Position numbers and translations under genes: made by a program
Shown: positions 41,602-51,842 of the stretch, in pieces
Layout of the letters: each line of letters starts with the position of its first letter
Position numbering within the stretch: position 1 is the first letter of the stretch
Notes under the pieces: model-generated
The model's input: only the letters and a program-made list of their open reading frames with translations
Databases searched by the model: none
What the model was told of the DNA's origin: nothing
Assembly: GCA_017511265.1 (NCBI GenBank)
Contig: JAFWKV010000017.1
Coordinates: 7,312 to 71,311 of the forward strand
DNA length: 64,000 bases
Source of the DNA: Clostridia bacterium
GTDB lineage: Bacteria > Bacillota > Clostridia > TANB77 > CAG-508
Direction: 5' to 3'

Positions 41602-44046
41602 ATGGAAAAAACGAGAATAAAGAAAATACTATCTACTGTACTAATTTCAATATTTTTATGTAGCAACATGGTTTTTGCAATAAATGAAAACAATAATAAC
41701 ATTGAATTGCCAAATGAAGCACCAGCTGTAAATTTTGAAGAAAATAATAAAATTGATGAAATTGAACAAAAAATAAAAATAGAAGATTTAGAAAAATCGA
41801 AGAAAAGTAATCAATACACTGAGAAAAAAATTACTCCCTCAAAATCAAAAAAATTTTTAAAATCTACTACAAAATCTACAGACAAATATGAAGGACATTT
41901 AGTTGAAAGCAAAAACGACATATCATCAACTTTTGTCGTAAGAGATGGAAAACATTATTCATATTTGATTGACGAAACTGTTTTGCCAGTAGTTTCTATT
42001 TATAGATATTGCTTTGAGACACAAGAAGAAAAAGAAATATATCATAATGAAGAATTAATGGTAAATGATTATTCATATTATATTCATAACAATGTATATT
42101 TAAAAGACAAAATGATATATTTTGCAGCCTTTTCAAAGAATGATGATAATCATATACACATAGTAGGCTATAATACACAAACTGAAACAATAAGCTATTC
42201 AAACATATTTAATATATCAAAAGATAGCTATGCTGAAAGCTTTTGTATAGATGATAGCGAAAATGCATACATTGTTATTAAAGGACAAACTGAAGGTACA
42301 TTTAGAATTAATTCATATGATAAAAATGGAACATTAATAAGTAAATTAAATAATGACATATTTGATAGTTTTTATTCTATAAAAATAACAAATTCAAATA
42401 ATAATATGATTTGGATAAAAGCATATGTTGAAAATGGAGATTATGTTAGCCCTAGAGATATTGCAATGAGAGTAAATAAGGGAGTTTTTATTACAGAAAA
42501 TTATGATATATTACGCAAGAAGGGAATAGAAATAAAATTTCTAAATGATGAGAAAAATATTGCATATGACAATTATGGAGAAATATTAAAATTCAATTAT
42601 ACTGATACAAGTGTAAGCTTTTCAGTGATAAACTATATTACAATCGATAAACAAAAAACAGTTACTGTTCCTTTCGAAAATACAGTAGAAGATTCATATT
42701 TATATGCAGGTGGAGAAAAGGGAACAATACTTAAATATAATTGGGATACATTTAAAATAGAACGATTTATTTCAATTGGAGAAAACAAAGATGTTATAGG
42801 AACATTTAAAGATGGAGACAAATTATATATTGAATATATGGATCCTAATACATATGATGTGTATGCTCTTATACTTGATTATGAAGATTTTATGACACCA
42901 CAGCAGACAATAGAACTAACAAATAATACGACTTTAAACAGAACAAAAGATGATATAAAGAGTAAGTACAATGAGCTTAAAATAGTAAAAGCAAATAATT
43001 ACAAAAATATTTACTCTGAAGCACCTTCAGTTACTGCACCTTATAAAGCAGGTGTACTTAATGAACAAGCTAAAAATGATACCTTAAATCAAATAAATTA
43101 TTTTAGATGGCTTGCTGGAGTAAATGAAGTAACTATAAATGAAAAGTACATGGAAAATGCACAGTGCGGAGCAGTTCTTTTGACAACAAGCAAAGAATTA
43201 ATGCACAATCCTGCTAAGCCAAGTGATATGACAGACGAATTTTATAATAAGGCATTAGGTGCTATATATGCAAAATTAGGAATACCTATGTCAGCAAATA
43301 TATCTAGATATTCGCCATTAGCTGAATCTATAAAAGGATATGTAGATGATACCAATAATATGGAACCAAATGTAGGACACAGATTAAGCATACTTGACTA
43401 TCAAGCTACAACTACATCTTTTGGATTTGCAGAAAAAAATGGAACAGTTGAAATGTTTACAGATTGGAGTAAAACACCAGACAATGCATTTTATGCATGG
43501 CCATCACCAGGAAACTTTCCAATAGAATCAATTGCAAGTCAAGCAATGTGGTCAATTAGATATGACCAAACGATATGCTTTGTGTCAGATAATGTTGATA
43601 TAAAATTAAAGGCTAATGGCAAAGAATACTCGTCTGCTAATAATGATTTTGAAGTATTCCACGATGAAGATTATAGTGCATTATATTACAAATTACCAAA
43701 TGAGTTACTAACTTATTTAACAGATGGAAAAAATACCATTCAAGCAAATAAAAAGGTTGAAGTTGAATTAAGTGGTCTAGCTGACCTTCAAGGAAATGCT
43801 TATATAATAAAATATCCAGTTGAATTTATGAGTGTAAAAGAAAAAGCATATCTTAAAGGTGATGTAAATGGGAACGGAATAGTTGAATTAACAGATTATT
43901 CAATGATATTAAAACATGTAAAAGGAATAAAATTACTTGAAGGAGAACAGAAACAAAGAGCAGATGTAAACGAAAATGGTAGAATTGAACTAACAGATTA
44001 CTCAATGGTATTAAAACATGTAAAAGGAATAAAATTATTATTTTAA
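41602..44046 (+). CDS. G2. Secreted protein with an unknown N-terminal region, a CAP/SCP-like domain and a C-terminal dockerin.
   Basis: Signal peptide. CAP-like NYFRWLAGVNEV...GHRLSIL. C-terminal GDVNGNGIVELTDYSMILKHVKGIKLLEGEQKQRADVNENGRIELTDYSMVLKHVKGIKLLF. Confidence 0.7.
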   Translation: MEKTRIKKILSTVLISIFLCSNMVFAINENNNNIELPNEAPAVNFEENNKIDEIEQKIKIEDLEKSKKSNQYTEKKITPSKSKKFLKSTTKSTDKYEGHLVESKNDISSTFVVRDGKHYSYLIDETVLPVVSIYRYCFETQEEKEIYHNEELMVNDYSYYIHNNVYLKDKMIYFAAFSKNDDNHIHIVGYNTQTETISYSNIFNISKDSYAESFCIDDSENAYIVIKGQTEGTFRINSYDKNGTLISKLNNDIFDSFYSIKITNSNNNMIWIKAYVENGDYVSPRDIAMRVNKGVFITENYDILRKKGIEIKFLNDEKNIAYDNYGEILKFNYTDTSVSFSVINYITIDKQKTVTVPFENTVEDSYLYAGGEKGTILKYNWDTFKIERFISIGENKDVIGTFKDGDKLYIEYMDPNTYDVYALILDYEDFMTPQQTIELTNNTTLNRTKDDIKSKYNELKIVKANNYKNIYSEAPSVTAPYKAGVLNEQAKNDTLNQINYFRWLAGVNEVTINEKYMENAQCGAVLLTTSKELMHNPAKPSDMTDEFYNKALGAIYAKLGIPMSANISRYSPLAESIKGYVDDTNNMEPNVGHRLSILDYQATTTSFGFAEKNGTVEMFTDWSKTPDNAFYAWPSPGNFPIESIASQAMWSIRYDQTICFVSDNVDIKLKANGKEYSSANNDFEVFHDEDYSALYYKLPNELLTYLTDGKNTIQANKKVEVELSGLADLQGNAYIIKYPVEFMSVKEKAYLKGDVNGNGIVELTDYSMILKHVKGIKLLEGEQKQRADVNENGRIELTDYSMVLKHVKGIKLLF
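43849..44043 (+). repeat. Dockerin-coding DNA repeat (G2 3' end)
   Basis: Same repeat family. Confidence 0.7.
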
Positions 44047-44050
44047 ATGA

Positions 44051-44083
44051 AGTTGTCAATGGGGACGGTTCTAATTGACAACT
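44051..44083. repeat. 33-bp palindromic element agttgtcaatggggacggttctaattgacaact between G2 and G3
   Basis: One mismatch relative to 23248-23280. Confidence 0.55.
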
Positions 44084-44101
44084 CATATGAAGGGATATAA
44101 A

Positions 44102-47100
44102 ATGAAAAACATATTAAAACATATTATATCAATACTAATATCAAACATAATACTAATACAAGCATTTATGCCTATAGTAAGTTATGCAGAAGATTCAAAA
44201 ATTGGGGCTGATGGTTTAATAATGCTAAATATTAAGGGTACAGACAGAACAGTAACTAAAACAACAACAATAGACGAGATAAAAAACTGGTATGCAGGAG
44301 AGCATATATTTGAAACACCATCATTATATGGTGGAAAAGCATATAGCTTTTATGTGGGCAGCAATTTTGACGACTATTTATACATCGAAACAATAGCAGA
44401 TGGAACAATATTTAGTTATGGTTCAGTGGACCCTAGCTATAAAACAAATACATATAGTTTTGGAGATGAATATCCATATACCGAAAGAAATGTTTTATAT
44501 GGATGCCTTTTGTCAGATGATGGTAAAATAATTGGTGGAGTTTATTATAATAAAAAAGCTTATTTAAATGGTAATACAAACAAAATAAAACAAGCATATA
44601 AAGATGCTTTTGAAGAAGAATATTGCAAAGAAAACAAAATAGAAAAATCAGAAATAGGGACAGAAAAAGATACAGGTAGACAACCAGAAATTATTCGTAA
44701 TTTATCTAAACATGCAATACTTATGTATAATGGATTAATACATTATTACAATCGTGATGAGAGCTTTATGCAAACTGATAGAGATGAAAATGGAGATACA
44801 TCTTTTACGACATTTGATGAATTTTTTGACATTAATAATCAATTTATTGAATTTAAAACAACAGCCTTTAACTATATTGATGATATGAATTATAATTCAG
44901 ATTATTATTATGTTTTAGGTGCAAAATCCGATTGCGAAATATATAATTCATATTATATTTTTAACCCATTACAAATGGCAGGAATGGCAAGAATACAAAA
45001 AAATACGAACTTAAGTAATAGAAATATTCCAGTATGGACATATAATTATAATGAAAAAAAATTACAAGGTATATCTTTTTGGAAAGATTGTTTTAAAAGG
45101 ATAGAAAAAGTTGAATTAACGCAAGAACAACAAGAAAGATATAAAAAATTAAGAGAATATTATGCTAAAGGTGAAGAAAAATTAAATAAAGAAGAAGGAA
45201 TGTATAAAACATTACCTTATTATGATGAGCCAGAAAAAATGGTCGCAGGTGAATTATTACAATCAAAAAAAGAAGGAATTAGAGATTACTTCAATGCAAT
45301 AAGAGCTGGATGTGGGCTAAAGCCAGTGCAAATAGGAGAACAAGGATTTGACATAGCACAACATATGACTACACTTTTACAATATAGATTTGAAAAGTTT
45401 GGAACAGGACTATCACATCATCCAGATAAGCCAGAAGGTGTTAGTCAAGAATACTTTGATATAGCGGTTAGAACTGGTACATCATGGGGAGATTCACTAT
45501 CGTTTATGGCAAGAACAGCGAATTCAGAAGGGATGAAACAACATATAAATAACATGTTGTTTGATGATAACAAAGATTATCAATATGGACATAGACACCA
45601 TTTATTAACATCATTTTATTCAGACTTTGGATATGGAATAACTGGATTTTTTGCATCTTTACAATTAAAAGGAGCAAATGGAGATTATGCTCCGTGTGTA
45701 GCATGGCCAGCTTGTAATGGGGTTACTATGATGGAATCTTTGGGACAAAGAAATTTCGCTTGGACAATTAAGTTTTATGAACTTTACTATGAAATATTAG
45801 ACTCGTGCAAAACAGAAATAAAAAATTTAAATACAGGCAAAGTATATACATTTGATAAGGAAGAAGGTGATGTTGATTCTAGGCGCTTATATCAAAATCT
45901 TACTTTTGATGATATAACATATTCGTTTGCAAATAAAATATTACTTAAAGAACCTGAAATAAAGCCCATGGCTGGAGAAGTATATGAAGTAACTGTAAAG
46001 GGTATAAAAAATGTAAAAACAGGAAATATTGAAGATTACACATACAGAACGGCGTTTGTGTACGGAGACTCAAGCAAAGATATAGAAACACCAAAATCTA
46101 TAGACATAGAAGTTGATGAAAATTTAGAAAAAACATCAGCTAATACTTATACAGGAAAAGTAGGCAATGAATATAAATTAAATGCAATAATTGACGACTT
46201 AAATGCTGTAGACAAAAAAATTACATGGTCATCTTCAAATAGTGAATATGTATCAGTTAATCAATATGGAAAAATAAAAATAAATAAAGAAGGTAAAGAT
46301 GCTATAATTACCGTTTCACTAGATGCAGATAAAAACATACAAAAAAAGATAAAAATAACACCAGAAGATTTTAAAATAATTATTGACAATGATAAAATAA
46401 AGAACAACACTTATACATTTACAAGTCTAAATGAAATATTACAATTGCCTGTATATTTAAGTAATGGGGAAGATACAACATTTACATATAGCTCAAGCAA
46501 TGAAAAAGCAATAAAGATAAATGAAAATGGAACTGCAACATCTGTAGCAGGAGGATTTGCTAATATAACAGTTACAGATACTAAATCAGGTAAAAGTGTA
46601 ATATGTGATTGCTATGTACAAGTTCCTGTGATATTAAGTGATGGAAGTAAAGCTTATGTTGGAGATATGAATAGAGATGGAATATTTAATGCATTAGATA
46701 CTGCTAATATTTTAGATTCTTATAAAAATAATCCGAGTACTGACCAAATATTAGTAGGAGATATAAATGGAGACGGCAATTTGACTTCACTAGATGCATC
46801 TAAAGCAATTGACTTATTTAAAGCAGGTATATTTTTACCTGGTAAATATTATCCTATAACAAAGGTAAGCTTAAATAAAACAGAATTAACACTACAGCCA
46901 AATAAAAATGAAACCTTAAAAGCAACAATAGAGCCAGAAAATACTACAGATAGTCCAAAACTAACATGGAAATCTGGTGACGAAAGCATAGCAAAAGTTG
47001 ATGAAACCGGAAAAGTTACCGCAATAGCAAAAGGCTCTACAGAAATAACTGCAACATCTGCAAATGGAAAAGAAGACAAATGCAATATAACAGTTATAGA

Positions 47101-47317
47101 AAATATAGATAAACCACAAAAACTAAAAGGCGATGTAAATGGAAATGGAATAGTAGAGTTAACAGATTATTCAATGATTTTAAAACATGTAAAAGGAATT
47201 AAATTACTTGAAGGAGAGCAAAAAGAAAGAGCAGATGTAAACGAAAATGGTACAATTGAACTAACTGATTACTCAATGGTACTAAAACACGTAAAAGGAA
47301 TTAAATTATTATTTTAG
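44102..47317 (+). CDS. G3. Secreted protein: N-domain + CAP-like + Big_2 x3 + internal dockerin + C-terminal dockerin.
   Basis: Signal peptide. YGHRHHLL CAP motif. Big_2 (ITWSSSNSEYVSVNQYGKIKI; KLTWKSGDESIAKVDETGKVTAIAKGSTEITA). Internal GDMNRDGIFNALD...GDINGDGNLTSLD. C-terminal dockerin pair. Confidence 0.75.
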   Translation: MKNILKHIISILISNIILIQAFMPIVSYAEDSKIGADGLIMLNIKGTDRTVTKTTTIDEIKNWYAGEHIFETPSLYGGKAYSFYVGSNFDDYLYIETIADGTIFSYGSVDPSYKTNTYSFGDEYPYTERNVLYGCLLSDDGKIIGGVYYNKKAYLNGNTNKIKQAYKDAFEEEYCKENKIEKSEIGTEKDTGRQPEIIRNLSKHAILMYNGLIHYYNRDESFMQTDRDENGDTSFTTFDEFFDINNQFIEFKTTAFNYIDDMNYNSDYYYVLGAKSDCEIYNSYYIFNPLQMAGMARIQKNTNLSNRNIPVWTYNYNEKKLQGISFWKDCFKRIEKVELTQEQQERYKKLREYYAKGEEKLNKEEGMYKTLPYYDEPEKMVAGELLQSKKEGIRDYFNAIRAGCGLKPVQIGEQGFDIAQHMTTLLQYRFEKFGTGLSHHPDKPEGVSQEYFDIAVRTGTSWGDSLSFMARTANSEGMKQHINNMLFDDNKDYQYGHRHHLLTSFYSDFGYGITGFFASLQLKGANGDYAPCVAWPACNGVTMMESLGQRNFAWTIKFYELYYEILDSCKTEIKNLNTGKVYTFDKEEGDVDSRRLYQNLTFDDITYSFANKILLKEPEIKPMAGEVYEVTVKGIKNVKTGNIEDYTYRTAFVYGDSSKDIETPKSIDIEVDENLEKTSANTYTGKVGNEYKLNAIIDDLNAVDKKITWSSSNSEYVSVNQYGKIKINKEGKDAIITVSLDADKNIQKKIKITPEDFKIIIDNDKIKNNTYTFTSLNEILQLPVYLSNGEDTTFTYSSSNEKAIKINENGTATSVAGGFANITVTDTKSGKSVICDCYVQVPVILSDGSKAYVGDMNRDGIFNALDTANILDSYKNNPSTDQILVGDINGDGNLTSLDASKAIDLFKAGIFLPGKYYPITKVSLNKTELTLQPNKNETLKATIEPENTTDSPKLTWKSGDESIAKVDETGKVTAIAKGSTEITATSANGKEDKCNITVIENIDKPQKLKGDVNGNGIVELTDYSMILKHVKGIKLLEGEQKERADVNENGTIELTDYSMVLKHVKGIKLLF
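47120..47314 (+). repeat. Dockerin-coding DNA repeat (G3 3' end)
   Basis: Same repeat family. Confidence 0.7.
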
Positions 47318-47336
47318 ATAATTATTGGAGAAGAAT

Positions 47337-49511
47337 ATGGAAAAAATGAAAATTTTAAAAAATACATTAGCTATTTTATTTGTTTTAACAATAATAATAA
47401 ATTCAATAAATATACCTAAAACAATGGCATATACAGATCTTTTTATACAAGAAACAAGTGATAGACCCAATATTATAGAAGGGTCAGTTAGACTTAACCC
47501 TGAAACAAAAAGAGTTGCAGACTATGCTGGAAAAGATGCCTATTGTACTGGTGATGAAATAAAATTAGATGTATATATCGAGACACCTTATATAAATTTG
47601 AACACATTATCAGTAGGTGTAGGACTAAGCACAAATGCATTTGAATTTGTTGGTTATGAATTAGGAGAAGAAATACCAGAGGAATATAAAAATAAATTTT
47701 CAAAAAGAACAACTTATAATCAATTTATAGATTATTCCTCTGGAAAAGCTGATTACTCCCCAGATGGAGTTATACTTGAATATGAAGACTCAACAAATCG
47801 CATAAATAATTCTGGAGAATTCAAGGTTTTTACAGCAACATTCAAAGTAAAAAAAGCATTTATGGATTTAAAAACATTTAAAGACTATATAAAAAATGTT
47901 AAACCATGTACTACATATTCAAATTATAGAAATGATGAAAATAGACAGACTTGCTTTCCAAGAATGCAATTTAATAGTATCTATGACTTTTATGTAATGT
48001 CAGAGCCGAATCAAGTTTTAATTTATGATACAACAGCAAAAATGAAAATAAATGAATACAAAAAATTTAGTGTAAAAGTAAACCCAGAAACTGCATATCA
48101 AGGAGTTAAATGGAGTTCAAACAATCCAGATGTAGTCAGTGTTAGTGATGATGGAGTAGTCATTGCAAAAAAAGAAGGCAAAGCAACAATAACTGCAAAA
48201 GCAACTGCTAAAGAGAGTGTAAAATGCAATTACAATATTACAGTGAATGGTTTGTCTGATAATGTTTTGATTGAAAAAATAACAATTGATAATAAAGAAA
48301 AAATAAACAATTTATATCCTGGAAAATATGCAAATGTATTAGCTACTATTTTACCAGAAAATACTAATCAAGACAAAACAATTACATATTCTAGTTCAAA
48401 TCCAGAAGTAGCTACCATAGATAGTGATGGTACGATAAGAGCAATATATCCGGGAACAACAAAAATAACTGTAAAAACAACAAATGCAAAAACAGACGAA
48501 TATACAATAACTGTAAAGAATCCAGTTTCAAAAGTTAAGATAAAAAATAAAACAGCAGGAATTTATTTATATGATTATATGGGATATCCATTAGATATTG
48601 AAACAGAACCTGAAGGATATGAAGAATTAGTAAAACTTAGCTCATCAAATGAAAACGAAGTTATAGTAGATAATACATATAAAAGTATAAGAGCATTAGA
48701 TGTAGGAGACGTAAAAATAACAGCTCAAGTAGGAGACGTAAAAGATAGCTTTATGGTAGGAGCATTTACTAAAGAAATGCCGGCAACAAGTGTTAAAATA
48801 AATAATAAAATAGAAGAAATGGAATTAAAAGAGGAGATACAACTAGATGTTACGATAGAGCCTAACCCAGAAACTAATCCTGTAAGTAAACTAGCATTTA
48901 AAGTTGATGATACATCAATTGCAGATATTAGTACATTTGGAATTTTAAAAGCAAAAAAGGGAGGAAAAGTTAAAGTTACAGCATATTCAGCAACTACAGA
49001 GGATTCATTTATAGTAAATATTAATGCCGAAAGTGGTATAGAAGACTTTGAAATAATAGATTTTAATGGCAAAGTAGAAGAATATGCATCATCGTGTTAT
49101 GCAGTTAAAATAACACCTGAAAATGCTGATGGAAAAAATTTTTGGGAAGCAAGTAGTTCAAATCTGGATATACTTGATGCGTATAAATGGAATGATGATG
49201 AAATTGTAATCGATGGTATTTCTCCAGGAGAAGCAGATATAATAATAACTGCAGGAAGCGACTATAAAAAGATAATTCATGTAAAAGTTTTTGAATACGG
49301 AAGCCAAGATAATTACTTAAAAGGTGATGTAAATGGCAATGGAATAGTAGAACTAACAGATTATTCAATGATATTAAAACATGTAAAAGGAATAAAATTA
49401 CTTGAAGGAGAACAAAAAGAAAGAGCAGATGTAAATGGCAATGGCACAATAGAACTAACAGATTACTCAATGGTATTAAAACATGTAAAGGGAATTAAAT
49501 TATTGAATTAA
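47337..49511 (+). CDS. G4. Secreted protein: putative cohesin-like N-terminal module + multiple Big_2 + C-terminal dockerin. Candidate adaptor scaffoldin.
   Basis: After the signal peptide, a roughly 125-aa segment (GDEIKLDVYIETPYINLNTLSVGVGLSTNAFEFVGYELGEEI...GEFKVFTATFKVKKA) matches the cohesin beta-sandwich pattern, as I recall it from CipA-type cohesins (GDTV.V.V...YD...LE.V...G....DGVFA.I.FKVK). At least four Big_2 repeats follow, then the dockerin. Confidence 0.6.
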   Translation: MEKMKILKNTLAILFVLTIIINSINIPKTMAYTDLFIQETSDRPNIIEGSVRLNPETKRVADYAGKDAYCTGDEIKLDVYIETPYINLNTLSVGVGLSTNAFEFVGYELGEEIPEEYKNKFSKRTTYNQFIDYSSGKADYSPDGVILEYEDSTNRINNSGEFKVFTATFKVKKAFMDLKTFKDYIKNVKPCTTYSNYRNDENRQTCFPRMQFNSIYDFYVMSEPNQVLIYDTTAKMKINEYKKFSVKVNPETAYQGVKWSSNNPDVVSVSDDGVVIAKKEGKATITAKATAKESVKCNYNITVNGLSDNVLIEKITIDNKEKINNLYPGKYANVLATILPENTNQDKTITYSSSNPEVATIDSDGTIRAIYPGTTKITVKTTNAKTDEYTITVKNPVSKVKIKNKTAGIYLYDYMGYPLDIETEPEGYEELVKLSSSNENEVIVDNTYKSIRALDVGDVKITAQVGDVKDSFMVGAFTKEMPATSVKINNKIEEMELKEEIQLDVTIEPNPETNPVSKLAFKVDDTSIADISTFGILKAKKGGKVKVTAYSATTEDSFIVNINAESGIEDFEIIDFNGKVEEYASSCYAVKITPENADGKNFWEASSSNLDILDAYKWNDDEIVIDGISPGEADIIITAGSDYKKIIHVKVFEYGSQDNYLKGDVNGNGIVELTDYSMILKHVKGIKLLEGEQKERADVNGNGTIELTDYSMVLKHVKGIKLLN
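49314..49508 (+). repeat. Dockerin-coding DNA repeat (G4 3' end)
   Basis: Same repeat family. Confidence 0.7.
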
Positions 49512-49528
49512 AGGATAGAAGGAGAAAA

Positions 49529-51715
49529 ATGATAAAAGTAAAAAAGATACTATCTATACTTATGATAATTTCTATATTCATTTCTTTTGTATTACCAATT
49601 AATATAGCTAATGCAACATATACAATTAAACAATTGAGAAATATGTACCCTAGTAACATGCAATGGAATGATAAATACAAAGATGGATCATCTGAATGTG
49701 CTGGATTTGCATATTTAATTTATGATAGTTATTATGGAATAGGACCTAAAGAATATGGTAATAAAATAACAGATGTAGAACAAGCACAGCCTGGGGATAT
49801 TGTAAGATACAATGGCCATTCTGTATTTATTTTAACAAGAAATGGCGAGTCAACAACAGTAGTAGAATGTAACTATGATCGTCAAAATCATGTTAGATGG
49901 GATCAACCTAAAAATATGAGCGAATATAGAAATAGTTTTGAATATATTTATAAAGCACCATATATTTTAGAAACACCAGCGCCAGTAGTAGGAGTCCCTA
50001 CAAATGTGACTGTAGATACATCTAAATGGGTGCAAGCCAGTTGGAGTAAACCAAGTAACTGTTATGGATACTTATTGCAAGTTTATAATCAGGAGGGAAC
50101 TAAAGTCAAAGAAATAAAAATAAATAAAGCAGATACCACAGAACAAGCCATAGCAGGGTTAGAAACAGGTAATTATACACTTAGAGTATATGCTAAGGGA
50201 TTAGCTGGAGACTATTCTTCAGAATACGGAAGTGCAAAATTTTCATGCAAAAAGGAAGCAACTACATGTACTTTAAAAACAAAAAGTAATGTAATTGAAG
50301 TAGGACAAACCTACGAATATGAAGTAGTATTTCCAGAAGGGACTACAGCATATACAACACTTTTTATAGATTCGGAAGGAGATAAAAGTGTTTTAGAGAT
50401 TGAAAACCAAATGACAGTTAGAGGATTAAAAGAAGGAAATACAAAAGTATTTTTTATGATGAGAAGTAGTAATACAACTAGAACAGAGTCTTTTCAAATA
50501 AGTGTAATGAATCCATTAAGATTTAAAGATAACGAAGCAAAAACACTGAAAATAGGAGATAAATATCAATTAGAATTAAAATCAAAATCAGAAATTGCAA
50601 ATTCTGTTAAGTGGAACAGTTCGAATACAAGTGTAGCAACGGTTGACGAGCATGGTAATATAACAGCCTTAAAGGCAGGGAAAACGACAATAACTGCAAG
50701 TCAGAGTATGTGGACTACTGACCATAATGCATCTGGAACAACCCAAGATAAATGTACCATAACAGTAATAGACCCTAATATATATGCGACCAGTATAAGT
50801 TTAAACAAAACAGAAATGACATTAGAGAATATTGGAGATACAGATATTTTAAAAGCAACTATTTTACCAGAGAATACTACAAACAAAACAGTAACTTGGA
50901 CATCAAGTAATACAAATGTAGCAACAGTAGATGAAAACGGTAAAGTAAAAGTAAAAGGAGAAGGTAAGACGAAAATTACTGCAAAAACTTCAAATGGAAA
51001 GAGCACATATTGCATGGTTACTGTTCCAAAGCAAATTAAATGTAGTCTAAATTATACAGATTATACTTTTTCAAATTTGAACGAAACGATTCAAATACAA
51101 GCAAAATTAACAGATGGGTATAGCTCAACATTTAGTTACAAATCCACAAGGGACAGCATTTTAAAAGTTGATAAAAATGGAAAAGTAACTCCTGTAAAGG
51201 GTGGATTTGCAGATATTGTTGTAACAGACAATGTTTATGGAAAAAAGGCAACACTAAGTTGCTATGTACAAGTACCAGTAGTACTAAGTGATGGAAGTAA
51301 AGCGTATGTAGGAGATTTAAACAAAGATGGTTACTTTAATGCAACTGATGCTGCAATTATTTTAGATGGCTATAAAAATGGAGCTACATCAGATGATGTT
51401 TTGTTAGGAGACATAAATGGTGATGGATTTTTAAATGCTTCTGATAGTGCAATGTTACTAGATATATATAAGATGGGTCTTTTTTCGCCGGGAAAATATG
51501 ATAAAATAACAGAAAAAGTTGTAAAAGGTGACATTAATGGCAACGAAATAGTAGAACTAACAGACTATTCAATGATTTTAAAACATGTAAAGGGAATTAA
51601 ATTACTTGAAGGAGAACAAAAAGAAAGAGCAGATGTAAATGGCAATGGCACAATAGAACTAACAGATTATTCAATGGTACTAAAACATGTAAAAGGAATT
51701 AAATTATTGAATTAA
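49529..51715 (+). CDS. G5. Secreted papain-like (CHAP/NlpC-P60-type) peptidase + FN3-like + Big_2 + internal dockerin + C-terminal dockerin.
   Basis: SSECAGFAYLIY...GDIVRYNGHSVFIL...VVECNYD (Cys/His). Internal GDLNKDGYFNATD...GDINGDGFLNASD. C-terminal dockerin. Confidence 0.7.
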   Translation: MIKVKKILSILMIISIFISFVLPINIANATYTIKQLRNMYPSNMQWNDKYKDGSSECAGFAYLIYDSYYGIGPKEYGNKITDVEQAQPGDIVRYNGHSVFILTRNGESTTVVECNYDRQNHVRWDQPKNMSEYRNSFEYIYKAPYILETPAPVVGVPTNVTVDTSKWVQASWSKPSNCYGYLLQVYNQEGTKVKEIKINKADTTEQAIAGLETGNYTLRVYAKGLAGDYSSEYGSAKFSCKKEATTCTLKTKSNVIEVGQTYEYEVVFPEGTTAYTTLFIDSEGDKSVLEIENQMTVRGLKEGNTKVFFMMRSSNTTRTESFQISVMNPLRFKDNEAKTLKIGDKYQLELKSKSEIANSVKWNSSNTSVATVDEHGNITALKAGKTTITASQSMWTTDHNASGTTQDKCTITVIDPNIYATSISLNKTEMTLENIGDTDILKATILPENTTNKTVTWTSSNTNVATVDENGKVKVKGEGKTKITAKTSNGKSTYCMVTVPKQIKCSLNYTDYTFSNLNETIQIQAKLTDGYSSTFSYKSTRDSILKVDKNGKVTPVKGGFADIVVTDNVYGKKATLSCYVQVPVVLSDGSKAYVGDLNKDGYFNATDAAIILDGYKNGATSDDVLLGDINGDGFLNASDSAMLLDIYKMGLFSPGKYDKITEKVVKGDINGNEIVELTDYSMILKHVKGIKLLEGEQKERADVNGNGTIELTDYSMVLKHVKGIKLLN
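51518..51712 (+). repeat. Dockerin-coding DNA repeat (G5 3' end)
   Basis: Same repeat family. Confidence 0.7.
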
Positions 51716-51718
51716 ATA

Positions 51719-51758
51719 AAGAACAGACAATTAATTTAATCTAATTGTCTGTTCTTTA
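51719..51758 (+). terminator. Hairpin after G5
   Basis: aagaacagacaattaa...ttaattgtctgttctt. Confidence 0.45.
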
Positions 51759-51842
51759 TATGAAAAATTTTAGTATATAGATTGTAATTAAAAAAAGTTT
51801 ATGATAAAATTTGACCATAAAATAAAAGGAGGAAAATTTGTA

